Of a DNA stretch of 35,542 bases, positions 17,851-26,669 are shown piece by piece. Location: IMG/VR virus record IMGVR_UViG_3300026534_000040, positions 1 to 35,542 of that record, one strand, 5' to 3'. The stretch comes from a virus (taxonomy: Duplodnaviria; Caudoviricetes). A program made the translations under genes and the position numbers. How positions within the stretch are numbered: the stretch's first letter is position 1; every line of letters starts with the position of its first letter. The notes below the pieces were generated by a model that was not told the origin of the DNA, did not search any database, and was given only the letters and a program-made list of their open reading frames with translations.

Positions 17851-17993
17851 TACCGCAAAATTCAAACGAAATAAACACTCACACAAAAACTTGTTACATA
17901 TTATCAATAAATACAATACTTTTTATAAGCTGTAAAAGCCCTATTTGTAGCAAGTTTTTGCCGTTGAAATCAAATAGAAGCAACTTTGCAGTA
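17851..17993. promoter_or_regulatory. Divergent late promoter pair with a shared upstream box
   Basis: Minus: TGTAACAAGTTTTTG-N20-GAATTTTGCGGTA. Plus: TGTAGCAAGTTTTTG-N20-CAACTTTGCAGTA. Confidence 0.7.
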
Positions 17994-18006
17994 TAATTTT
18001 TTTAAT

Positions 18007-18492
18007 ATGGCAAAGGAAAAAGAAAAGCGAATAGCCAAAGAGTTATATCTCGGAGGTAAAACACAAAAGGAAATTGCTAAAATTGTAGGCGTGCAAGAAA
18101 AAACTATCTCTATATGGGTAAACAAATTCGGATGGAAAGTCTTGCGAGATGCCCAATTATCAAAAGCCGACAATAACATTGATAATATCAAAAAGATTAT
18201 CAGCGATATTGCCGATGAAACTTTTGCGGTAAACTTAAAAATCAACAAAGAAACGGATCCGGAGGAACGCAAAGAGCTAAGAAAGTATCGCAACCAACTC
18301 GCTGACGAAGCGGCAAAATGGAACAAAGCACTCGAAAATTTGGATAAGCAAAATAAAATCAGTTTTGCCATTTACCTACAAGTTTTTGAGGATATATTTA
18401 ACTCCCTACGATTATATGACCAAAAACTATTCTTAAAAACCCTTGATTTCCAAGAAGAACATATTCAACAAAAAGCAATTCAATACCAGTAA
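18007..18492 (+). CDS. Terminase small subunit-like HTH protein (DUF1804/Mu gp27-like)
   Basis: AKELYL.GKTQKEIAKIVGVQEKTISIWV..FGW; start revised to ATG 18007. Confidence 0.78.
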   Translation: MAKEKEKRIAKELYLGGKTQKEIAKIVGVQEKTISIWVNKFGWKVLRDAQLSKADNNIDNIKKIISDIADETFAVNLKINKETDPEERKELRKYRNQLADEAAKWNKALENLDKQNKISFAIYLQVFEDIFNSLRLYDQKLFLKTLDFQEEHIQQKAIQYQ

Positions 18493-18494
18493 TT

Positions 18495-18821
18495 ATGAAA
18501 AGAGCTTATCATTACATCCGAAATTTTATTTACACGCATATACCCGGATTATATATCCGCCTACATTTGTTTAAGATGTGGCTTCAAGGTGCCGATAAAT
18601 ATCAGCGTTGGCTCGAAAAAGGCGACTTCTATATGTATCGTGGCATCCGAGTACGTCTCGGACAACCGGTTAAATACCGTATCCGTGGAATCGTCAAAAC
18701 AAAATGGGTAAAAGGTATTTATTACGACTTTGGCAAACGAAAAGTTTCTGCGCTTTATTCTGACAAGCCGATTAAAGGTTTAAGCGAAAAATTCATCAAC
18801 AATGGCAAAAAAAAGAAATAG
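18495..18821 (+). CDS. Hypothetical basic protein
   Basis: ORF between small and large terminase with an A/T-rich leader. Confidence 0.55.
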   Translation: MKRAYHYIRNFIYTHIPGLYIRLHLFKMWLQGADKYQRWLEKGDFYMYRGIRVRLGQPVKYRIRGIVKTKWVKGIYYDFGKRKVSALYSDKPIKGLSEKFINNGKKKK

Positions 18822-18927
18822 CTTAAGATTTGTTACCATACAAATAGGTGTCAATATTGTGGAACTTCCGCAATACATTACCTATGTAATAGATGATAAA
18901 AGTTTTAGCGGATATATTCACTTATGA
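18802..18927 (+). CDS. 41-aa small ORF MAKKRNSLRFVTIQIGVNIVELPQYITYVIDDKSFSGYIHL (absent from track)
   Basis: Hand translation; TGA overlaps the terminase ATG (ATGA). Confidence 0.5.
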   Translation: MAKKRNSLRFVTIQIGVNIVELPQYITYVIDDKSFSGYIHL

Positions 18928-20441
18928 AAAGACAAGACAAACTCGCATATCAGCGCTACCTCCAAAAGATAAACCTCGCCAGAAGCATTGGCGTTGAAAA
19001 TCCTTTTGAGTCCAAAGAGGAACAAAAAGCACGTATAGAGCGTGCTAAAAAAGATGTGCGATTTATGGTCGAATACTACTTTCCTCACTATGCTACCAGT
19101 CCTTCGGCTGATTTTCAACTTCAATTCGCTAACCAAGTCAAACGCAACAAAACTTATAAAGGTTTTGCCCAATGGGGACGTGGACTTGCAAAGTCCGTAT
19201 GGAACGATATTTTAATACCGTTCTGGCTTTGGCTCAACGGTGAACCTGTTTACCTTGTAATAGTTGGAAACTCACACGATAAAGCTAAACAGCTACTCGG
19301 CGATATAATGGCTGAATTTGAGGCAAACCCCCGCATAATAGCCGATTTTGGAGAACAAAAAAATATCGGTAAATGGGAGGACGGTTTTTTTATAACAAAA
19401 AGCGGTTTCATCGGTCAGGCGCTCGGTATGGGGCAATCTGTTCGCGGCTTGCGTGTAGGAGCCAAACGTCCTACGCATATCGTTGCCGATGATATTGAAA
19501 CCAAAGACATCAACAAAAATCCAAAACGCCAAAAAGAAATTGTCAAATGGATCGAACGTTCGCTTATTCCTACAATGGACGGCAATATAAGACGCTTCAT
19601 TCAAGCAAACAACCGTTTTGCTCCGGTAATGATACAAACGATGCTCCAAAAACGCCACCCAAAATGGAAAGTGCATCAAGTCAATGCTTACCATCCGGTA
19701 ACTTACCGACCGTCTTGGTATAGCAAATATGATAACAACTACTACAAAAGCGTTGAATCAGAAATCGGACGGCTTGCCGCAATGGCTGAATATAACAACG
19801 AACCGCATATCGAAGGAGCAATATTTACCGATGAAATGATACAATGGGTCAAACTGCCACGACTCGATAGCCTTGAAATCATCATCGGGCGTTGGGACGT
19901 TGCGTATGCAGGAACGCCAACATCAGATTATAATGCCGTACGAGTTTGGGGGCTTAAAGACGGTAACTTTTATTTGATTGACAATTTCGTTCGTCAAAGC
20001 AAAATGAAAGAAGCGGTCGAGTGGATGGCTAACTTCCAAAAACGATTACTCAAAACAGTTATGGTGCATTGGGGATTTGAAGCACAGTTTTGGAATGATG
20101 AAGTTTTGCGAACTATTAGCGATGTGGAAAAGGCTTTTAAACTGCATTTAAACATCAGTAAAATAGACCGCCCGCGTGTGCGTAAATATGACCGGATTTT
20201 GTCGTTACATCCATACTATCAGAATAGGCGTATCTTTTACAATAAAGCGATTGAGGCAAACGATGACACGCAGGTCGGTTTAGCACAGCTAAAAGGCATT
20301 GAACCGGGATACAAAGGATACGATGATGCACCGGATGCCGATGAAATGGCAATATCCGAATTGTCAAAATATATTTATGACACCGGGATTGAAAATAACG
20401 AAATATTAACCGCTCGTTACGAGCGACAAAAACGATTTTAA
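18924..20441 (+). CDS. terL: Terminase large subunit (Mu gp28-like)
   Basis: WGRGLAKS ATPase motif, IVADD Walker B, RWDVA...SDYNA and DDAPDA nuclease motifs. Confidence 0.93.
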   Translation: MKRQDKLAYQRYLQKINLARSIGVENPFESKEEQKARIERAKKDVRFMVEYYFPHYATSPSADFQLQFANQVKRNKTYKGFAQWGRGLAKSVWNDILIPFWLWLNGEPVYLVIVGNSHDKAKQLLGDIMAEFEANPRIIADFGEQKNIGKWEDGFFITKSGFIGQALGMGQSVRGLRVGAKRPTHIVADDIETKDINKNPKRQKEIVKWIERSLIPTMDGNIRRFIQANNRFAPVMIQTMLQKRHPKWKVHQVNAYHPVTYRPSWYSKYDNNYYKSVESEIGRLAAMAEYNNEPHIEGAIFTDEMIQWVKLPRLDSLEIIIGRWDVAYAGTPTSDYNAVRVWGLKDGNFYLIDNFVRQSKMKEAVEWMANFQKRLLKTVMVHWGFEAQFWNDEVLRTISDVEKAFKLHLNISKIDRPRVRKYDRILSLHPYYQNRRIFYNKAIEANDDTQVGLAQLKGIEPGYKGYDDAPDADEMAISELSKYIYDTGIENNEILTARYERQKRF

Positions 20442-20443
20442 TT

Positions 20444-20866
20444 ATGAATTGGCTAACCGATTTAGATCTGGAAACACAGGCATTTGATAAATTCTTGATG
20501 CAGGATAACTCTACCAATAGAGATGAAATCCTAACCAATATTGAACATCAAAATATTGAATTAATCAAAGCGAAGTTAAATAATAAATATGATACCCAAG
20601 CCATTTTTTCGACTTCCGGAAATGACCGCCATTGGCTAATCGTCAAAATACTTGCTATTTTGGTGATATACGATTTTTTCCGTAGGAACGCCGCTCGAAA
20701 AATACCCAAAGACTATCAGGAAAGATATGAATGGGCAATGAAACTTTTAGAGGATATAAAAGCAGGCAATGAAGTTCCTGCCGGACTTCCGTTTTATACC
20801 GATGAAACAGGCAACGAGCCGAATCTATTATACGGCAATAACAAAAACAAAGATTTTTATATATAA
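20444..20866 (+). CDS. Head-tail adaptor (Mu gp36/DUF1320-like)
   Basis: L..KYD...IF...R...RYEWAMKLLEDIKAG. Confidence 0.8.
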   Translation: MNWLTDLDLETQAFDKFLMQDNSTNRDEILTNIEHQNIELIKAKLNNKYDTQAIFSTSGNDRHWLIVKILAILVIYDFFRRNAARKIPKDYQERYEWAMKLLEDIKAGNEVPAGLPFYTDETGNEPNLLYGNNKNKDFYI

Positions 20867-20869
20867 GTT

Positions 20870-22153
20870 ATGAGTTGGAGAGATAAATTACAGCAATATA
20901 TTCTCGGCAAAATGCCCGAGGACAAAATAAGAGTTGAAGCCGAAATGCGTTCGGATAGTTCCGGACTAAAAATCCCGAGCAAACAAATCAAACGAAGCTC
21001 GCAAATCTTCGAACCCAAATCATACAGGGATTGGAAAGATGCCATTGCTATGGCTACCAATCCCGACGAGCCTACCTTTACTTTTTTGGCAGAGCTTTAC
21101 GATAACTTATTGCTTGACGCTCACCTGTCCGCAGTTATTGAAAGTCGTATTATGCGGGTAACCCGTAGCCGATTTATCATTCGCAAGCCTGACGGCGAGG
21201 AAATTCCGGAACTTACCAAGCTGTTTCAACGCCCTTGGTTCGAGCAGTTTGTAAAATATGCCCTGATGAGCAAATTTACAGGCGTGAAAGTATTGGAATT
21301 ATACGAACTTGACGATAACCTTGAATTAATCAAGACAACGAGCATCCCGATGGGCTATATCCAACCGGATAAAAAGAAAATAATATTTGAACCCGGAAGC
21401 AATGAAGGTTATTACTATAATAAGCCACCGGTTGATAAATTCTACTTACAAATAGGCGATGATAACCAACTCGGGCTATTGAGCCAAATAGCGCCACTTG
21501 TTTTGGCAAAAAAGCTATCAATGGGTAGTTGGCTTGACTATATCGAAAAATATGGAATCGCCCCAAGAACCATAACCACAAACAATAAAACCGAAAAGCG
21601 AGCAAAAGAGCTTTTGGATATGGCAATGAAAATGATTAGCAATCACGTTGCGGTTTTACGTGAAGGAGAAAAATTGGAAATAGGCGATATACCTTCAACG
21701 GACACCTATAAGGTTTTTGATGAGATGATAAAACGAATAAATTCCGAAATTTCCAAAAGAATACTCGGGCAAGATGCAACGGCTGAAACCAAGAGCAATA
21801 CCGGAACTTACGGCAGTATGAAAGTGATGCAAGAAGTTGCCAACGACAGACACGAAAGTGATAAGCTGTTTATTCAATATATTGTAAATAAATTGCTTAT
21901 TCCCAAACTCACCCAAATATCATCGACTTATTCGGCTTTGGCTAATGCGGAGTTTGACTGGGACGAAACCGAAACAATGACCAACGCCGAGCTTCTCGAC
22001 CGTGTCGTTTCACTTTCACAAGCTGGATTTGAAATAGATCATCAAGCTATTGCTGAAAAAACCGGAATACCAATAACCGGCATCAAATCCGCCGAAACCC
22101 AACCCATAGAAACGGAAGGGGCAAAAAAAAAAACTTTAACCCCAAAGCAATAG
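20870..22153 (+). CDS. Portal protein (DUF935 / Mu gp29-like)
   Basis: LLDAHLSAVIESR, YIEKYGIA, NSEISKRILGQ. Confidence 0.9.
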   Translation: MSWRDKLQQYILGKMPEDKIRVEAEMRSDSSGLKIPSKQIKRSSQIFEPKSYRDWKDAIAMATNPDEPTFTFLAELYDNLLLDAHLSAVIESRIMRVTRSRFIIRKPDGEEIPELTKLFQRPWFEQFVKYALMSKFTGVKVLELYELDDNLELIKTTSIPMGYIQPDKKKIIFEPGSNEGYYYNKPPVDKFYLQIGDDNQLGLLSQIAPLVLAKKLSMGSWLDYIEKYGIAPRTITTNNKTEKRAKELLDMAMKMISNHVAVLREGEKLEIGDIPSTDTYKVFDEMIKRINSEISKRILGQDATAETKSNTGTYGSMKVMQEVANDRHESDKLFIQYIVNKLLIPKLTQISSTYSALANAEFDWDETETMTNAELLDRVVSLSQAGFEIDHQAIAEKTGIPITGIKSAETQPIETEGAKKKTLTPKQ

Positions 22154-22200
22154 CCGAGTATTATGCGGATATTGACAAGCACAGGCACGCTATCGAGCCT

Positions 22201-23313
22201 GTGGCTATCGATATTAGCAAATATACAAAGCTAATACTCAAAATTGCCAAAGAGGGGTTTAAAAAAGGATTTAACAAGGTATTTGATGAAAAATTAGCAA
22301 GCACAATTTTTGACGACCTAAACACCGCCGCAAGCGCCGGTTACGGCGATAAATGGATCAAGTTTGATCCCTATCACTCCCCAACGGTTCAGCAGCTGCA
22401 AAAAAATCTTTTGTTCTTTTCAGTTGGCAAATCCGCCGAACAATTAAAAGCAATGAACGCCTTGCTTATAGACGAAAAAGGTAAAATCCGGAATTGGCAA
22501 AGCTTCCGTGATGAAGTGCTGAAAATGAATAAGCAATACAACCTGCGTTACTTGCAGGCAGAATACCAGACTTCCAAGTCATCTGCACAAATGGCACGCA
22601 AGTGGCAGGAAGCACAAAAACGCAAACATTTATACCCAAATCTTAAATACCTAACGGTTCACGATAGCCACGTGCGGGAGGAACACGCCAAACTTCACGG
22701 AATTGTCCGCCCGATTGATGACCCTTGGTGGGATACTCACTATCCGCCTAACGGCTGGCGTTGCCGTTGCTCTGCCCAATCTACCCGAGACGCCGTTACG
22801 CCAAAAGATAAGATACCACACGTTCCGGTACATAAACACTTTCGGCATAATGTTGGTAAAACAGGTAAGATATTTGATGAAAAACATCCGTATTTTAAGC
22901 ATTTAACAAAAAGTATTTTTAGAAAATTAAGCAAAGAAGCAGATAATAGATTAGCTATTTATACTGCTAATAAAGTAAGACAATGGGCAAAGGATAATTT
23001 AGTGGGTAAAGCTATTACGGCAAAAGATAAGCCAAAGTTTATTTTAACGGGGAGAGATATTAAAGTAATTACGTTTAAGCCACACAAATACAGATGGATC
23101 AGAAACAATATGCTTTATGATATTAATAAATATTATAAAGAAAGTAAGCTAGTACATACAGCCTTTGAAATGAAAGGGAGAAAAAAATATAAATATTGGT
23201 ATTATTATGAAGTTGGTATTGAGGGGAAAAAGTTTTATTTAAATATTGTAATGCTGGCAAATGGTGAAAAGAAATTACACGCAATAACAGATAGTATTAT
23301 AAAAAAGGAATAG
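22201..23313 (+). CDS. MuF (gp30-like) minor head protein with variable C-terminal extension
   Basis: YLTVHDSHVREEH..LHG...DDPWW...YPPNGWRCRC; the AT-rich ~130-aa tail ends YYYEV...FYLNI...LHAITD. Confidence 0.88.
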   Translation: MAIDISKYTKLILKIAKEGFKKGFNKVFDEKLASTIFDDLNTAASAGYGDKWIKFDPYHSPTVQQLQKNLLFFSVGKSAEQLKAMNALLIDEKGKIRNWQSFRDEVLKMNKQYNLRYLQAEYQTSKSSAQMARKWQEAQKRKHLYPNLKYLTVHDSHVREEHAKLHGIVRPIDDPWWDTHYPPNGWRCRCSAQSTRDAVTPKDKIPHVPVHKHFRHNVGKTGKIFDEKHPYFKHLTKSIFRKLSKEADNRLAIYTANKVRQWAKDNLVGKAITAKDKPKFILTGRDIKVITFKPHKYRWIRNNMLYDINKYYKESKLVHTAFEMKGRKKYKYWYYYEVGIEGKKFYLNIVMLANGEKKLHAITDSIIKKE

Positions 23314-23403
23314 CTTCTCAATCACTAGCCCGTAGATATGCATACTACGGGGGGATTAAGAAGCTACACCACAAATATACAACAATTTTTATACCAAAGT
23401 CAA
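23311..23403 (-). ncRNA. Convergent promoter plus 56-nt hairpin at the 3' end of MuF (putative antisense/antitoxin RNA)
   Basis: Stems 23311-18/23359-66, 23320-23/23354-57 and 23329-35/23345-51; minus-strand TTG-N21-TATATTTG (23372-23379). Confidence 0.5.
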
Positions 23404-23408
23404 GTTTT

Positions 23409-23912
23409 ATGTCAAAAAATTTTAAAACACCCGATTTTTCAAGAATGTGGAAACAATTACGGCAAGATCTGGTAGAGATTGCCGCTACCGAAGGCGAAAA
23501 CTTTTTTCATTCGTCTTTTGATAAAGAAGGTTTTACCGATGTTGCTTTTGAGCCTTGGCAAAAAACACACGAGCAGTTAGGGTATAAGATACTAACAAGA
23601 GGCGGAACTTTAAGAAAATCAGTGCAAACTTTTGAAGAGTCATTAAATAGAATTGTATTCGGCTCGGATTCCGAATATGCCGAAATTCACAATAACGGAG
23701 GTATTATTCCTATAACTAAAAGAAGCCGAGGCTTTTTTTGGAAAATGTATGAAAAAACAGGTGATATAAAATGGAAATATCTTGCACTTACCAAAGCAGA
23801 TCACTTTAAAATGCCCAAGCGCCAATTCATAGGCGAGAGTAAAACACTACTGGATAAACTTGACAAAATATTAACCGGCGAAATATCCGAAAGATTTAAT
23901 AATTTAAAATAA
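23409..23912 (+). CDS. Virion morphogenesis / tail completion protein (Mu gpG, P2 S-like)
   Basis: ILTRGGTLRKS...YAEIHNNGG...MPKRQFIGES. Confidence 0.85.
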   Translation: MSKNFKTPDFSRMWKQLRQDLVEIAATEGENFFHSSFDKEGFTDVAFEPWQKTHEQLGYKILTRGGTLRKSVQTFEESLNRIVFGSDSEYAEIHNNGGIIPITKRSRGFFWKMYEKTGDIKWKYLALTKADHFKMPKRQFIGESKTLLDKLDKILTGEISERFNNLK

Positions 23913-23917
23913 TCATT

Positions 23918-24463
23918 ATGGCACAATTACAAAGCTGGCAAGCATTATACAAAGAACTTGCCGAAAGAATTATCGAAAAAATACCCGAAGTAAAATGGGT
24001 GGATCTATGGAGCAACCAAATAGGATTCATTGAGGATGAGCAGATGTTCCCAACCCCTGCCGTATTCGTTTCCTTCCGTATGCGCAGTCCGGAGGATGCA
24101 GGCGACAATATTCAAAACGTGCAGTTGCAAATTGATATGTATTATTATCACGAAACCTTTGCCGATACTTTTGAGGGGAGTTACAACCAAGCCAACGCAC
24201 TTGCTTATTTGCAAATCCTTACCAAATTGCACCAAGCCTTTCACGGAACATCGGGAGATAATTACAGCAGTATGCAACGTATAGACGTTGCACCGGTAGA
24301 GGCGTTTAGAGGTAATTTTTATCGTATTTCATTTGGTTGCTTAGCAACGGATATATCCGCAAGCAATATCAGAAGTCAGGCAACCCCCGGAGATATTAAT
24401 CTTTCGGAAGGAGATAAACCGGGCGATACCGAACCGCCTATCTTCGATATTTCCCTCGGCTAA
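23918..24463 (+). CDS. Tail terminator-like protein (Mu gp37-like)
   Basis: IPEVKWVDLWSNQ...FPTPAVFVSF; synteny. Confidence 0.65.
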   Translation: MAQLQSWQALYKELAERIIEKIPEVKWVDLWSNQIGFIEDEQMFPTPAVFVSFRMRSPEDAGDNIQNVQLQIDMYYYHETFADTFEGSYNQANALAYLQILTKLHQAFHGTSGDNYSSMQRIDVAPVEAFRGNFYRISFGCLATDISASNIRSQATPGDINLSEGDKPGDTEPPIFDISLG

Positions 24464-24632
24464 ATACTATATGCTCAATCGTTCGAGGCGAAAGAAAATA
24501 CTTCTCGGATAGCTTTACAAATATATAGCTATCCGTGTAAATCCGTGTATTTTTGTAACGCTTGGCGTCCCATTTTACATATTCGCTACGGATTGCCTCA
24601 TATTTACGTGTAGTGTGATCTTTAACTGCCAT
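24438..24632 (-). CDS. Mor/C-like HTH transcription regulator (64 aa)
   Basis: KLSEKYFLSPRTIEHIV HTH; last gene of the early/middle block; start revised to ATG 24632. Confidence 0.65.
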   Translation of the reverse strand: MAVKDHTTRKYEAIRSEYVKWDAKRYKNTRIYTDSYIFVKLSEKYFLSPRTIEHIVFSRGKYRR

Positions 24633-24636
24633 AGCA

Positions 24637-24667
24637 CAAAAATAAATCATTTTCAAGTATATACAAA
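24637..24667 (-). promoter_or_regulatory. Consensus promoter for the Mor/C-like gene (probably leaderless mRNA)
   Basis: TTTG (24667-24664)-N19-TATTTTTG (24644-24637); ATG only 5 nt downstream. Confidence 0.65.
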
Positions 24668-24699
24668 AAAATAACCGGCAACATTTTGTTACCGGTTAT
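24665..24699 (-). terminator. Intrinsic terminator of the early operon
   Basis: Minus strand ATAACCGGTAACA-AAA-TGTTGCCGGTTAT followed by a T-run. Confidence 0.75.
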
Positions 24700-24719
24700 C
24701 AACACACACATTATTTGCT

Positions 24720-24938
24720 TTACCGCAAATCCAGCTTATAGCCACAATAGGCACATTCTTCATAATGGTATTTTATTCCAACGTTCTGTATCATTGCATC
24801 AGTGCCGTCAAAATGTTTGTGGCTGCATATTGTTTGCATATTTTTAATGGAGTTCTCAACGGCGTTTAAACGCTTTTGCAATTCGGTTTTTTCCGCCTGC
24901 AAATTCTCAACTGCTCTTTTTATCTCTTCCGGTTTCAT
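24720..24938 (-). CDS. Coiled-coil plus zinc-ribbon small protein
   Basis: Heptad N-terminus, CxH...CxxCG. Confidence 0.6.
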   Translation of the reverse strand: MKPEEIKRAVENLQAEKTELQKRLNAVENSIKNMQTICSHKHFDGTDAMIQNVGIKYHYEECAYCGYKLDLR

Positions 24939-25045
24939 ATCCTTCCTTTATAAATTAAAATTCCTACTATTATCATTAAAGCTATCATCAGCATAAAAAT
25001 TGCCGATATTAGATATATTGTTGCATTAAAATTATCATTTTTCAT
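24935..25045 (-). CDS. 36-aa single-transmembrane peptide MKNDNFNATIYLISAIFMLMIALMIIVGILIYKGRI (absent from track)
   Basis: Hand translation; fills the gap exactly, with ATGA overlap to the next gene. Confidence 0.6.
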   Translation of the reverse strand: MKNDNFNATIYLISAIFMLMIALMIIVGILIYKGRI

Positions 25046-25047
25046 AA

Positions 25048-25854
25048 CTATAAATTGTCTCTAAAATCTCTACTCTCGGCGGTGGCGCCAAGATATAGAA
25101 TGTTAAACATTTCGTTCAACCGGCTGGCTATTCTTGCGCCATACCTTTCTTTAAGTTCCGGCAAGTCCAAGTTAGTGGTGGCGTGAGTTTTCTTTCCTTC
25201 ACGTTTAAAAAGTATATACCGAAGCTCCAATATCCTGCGCAATACATCCTCCTGCTTGCCGTAATAGCGTCCCTGTTCCTCCGTGCCTAAATCGTCAATG
25301 CACAGGTTACCGGTCATAAAACTTTGAATGCCTTTTTCGCCTTCATTGTCATATTTGGCAACTATTTCGTGTGCCGAAACAATACGGAATTTATTGTCTT
25401 TCCAATTCATTTTCCTGTGAATTTCAAACAAAACACTTTTTCCACTTCCGTAATTCCCGGCAAGCAAAACGCCCTTGCTATGTGCCGGATTGTTTATAGC
25501 CACTTTTGCCGGTAGCTTTAAATAACCGAAATACTGAAACATAAAATCAATCACCTTTTTATTTTCCTTATCAATTACAAATTGATGCGGTAAGTGCTTC
25601 GGGTGATGAACCGGCGGGCGTGTCAGTTCCGTAGCCAAATCGATAAACTTTTGTTTTACTTCCTTAACAGTCATTTTACGAGGTTTCGGGGCTTGTTTTT
25701 GCTCCCGAAGCTCTCGCCAACGTTTGTTTATTGCTTTTTGCTCCTCCAATACCGCCTCTTTATAATCATTGATTATCTTATCTGCTTTTTCCGTTCCGGC
25801 TAATCTTGCCGCTAATTGCACCTGTGTATAGCGTGGTTTTATAGTCTTTGCCAT
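25048..25854 (-). CDS. DnaC/IstB-like AAA+ ATPase (helicase loader)
   Basis: GNYGSGKS, LCIDDLGTE, TTNL, YGARIASRL.EMFN. Confidence 0.85.
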   Translation of the reverse strand: MAKTIKPRYTQVQLAARLAGTEKADKIINDYKEAVLEEQKAINKRWRELREQKQAPKPRKMTVKEVKQKFIDLATELTRPPVHHPKHLPHQFVIDKENKKVIDFMFQYFGYLKLPAKVAINNPAHSKGVLLAGNYGSGKSVLFEIHRKMNWKDNKFRIVSAHEIVAKYDNEGEKGIQSFMTGNLCIDDLGTEEQGRYYGKQEDVLRRILELRYILFKREGKKTHATTNLDLPELKERYGARIASRLNEMFNILYLGATAESRDFRDNL

Positions 25855-26300
25855 TATCTCCCGAAGTTTTTTCGTTGATTATTATTTTTCTTTGGTACAT
25901 ATCCCGAAGGTAACGGAAAAAGCCCGCTCCAACCTTTCTCAATACTACGGCGTATCATCTCAATAGCCCGCCGCTCCTCGTGTCCGCTATCAATAGCAAG
26001 GCGTTTTAAAGTTGCCCGCTCGCTGATGTCGGTTTTAAACTTAAAGCCGTGTTCCTTCTTCTTATACTCTTTCCATGTTTGCCAAGCGGTTGCAAACTTT
26101 TCACTGCTAAACGGAAGTTGTATGTCAGTTTTGGCGGTTTTGACCTTGTCAATTTTTGCCAAATCCGTGCTATCCCAATTATTAGAAAATACCTCTGCAT
26201 TAATCAAATGCCATAGCTCGTTTTTTTCTTCCTTACTGCAAGCATCCAAAAATTGTTTGGGTGTAATAGTAATAATTGTTTGTCTTTTAATTTTCGGCAT
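25854..26300 (-). CDS. Replication initiator-like protein (C-terminal helical domain type)
   Basis: FATAWQTWKEYKK...IRRSIEKGWSGLF; coupled to the DnaC-like gene. Confidence 0.6.
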   Translation of the reverse strand: MPKIKRQTIITITPKQFLDACSKEEKNELWHLINAEVFSNNWDSTDLAKIDKVKTAKTDIQLPFSSEKFATAWQTWKEYKKKEHGFKFKTDISERATLKRLAIDSGHEERRAIEMIRRSIEKGWSGLFPLPSGYVPKKNNNQRKNFGR

Positions 26301-26306
26301 ATTTTT

Positions 26307-26636
26307 TTAATTTTTAATTACATCCAAAAGCTCTTCATTAAACTCAAAAGCATCAACCTCTACAAGCAATATTCCTTCTTTTCCGTTCATTTTGTAAAAT
26401 CCTTCAAATTCTTTTTCCCTTAAATCAAATAGGCTGTATCCCTCAGTTGCCTTTTCAATAGCCAACATCGCATATTTTTTAGCAGCTTCATCAATTGGGT
26501 CGGCATCTTCGTCATAATCCCAAGAGAAAAATGTTAAGGTATCTTTTGCTTTTTTTTCTGTAAACTTTTCTCTATCAATTTCTATCTTACAGAATGCCTT
26601 GTAAAAGTCATAGTTGATATTATAAATTGTTTTCAT
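26307..26636 (-). CDS. Hypothetical phage protein (DUF2528-like)
   Basis: YNINYDFYKA..IEID...FF.W...EGF..MNG.EGI.L pattern, recognised by eye. Confidence 0.5.
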   Translation of the reverse strand: MKTIYNINYDFYKAFCKIEIDREKFTEKKAKDTLTFFSWDYDEDADPIDEAAKKYAMLAIEKATEGYSLFDLREKEFEGFYKMNGKEGILLVEVDAFEFNEELLDVIKN

Positions 26637-26669
26637 AATTGTTATTTGTTTTTTAGTTTTGGCATAATT

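Noticed and set aside
25048-25854. IS21 element (IstB)
   Set aside because: No adjacent IstA or IS terminal repeats; the gene is coupled to an initiator-like gene in the phage operon.
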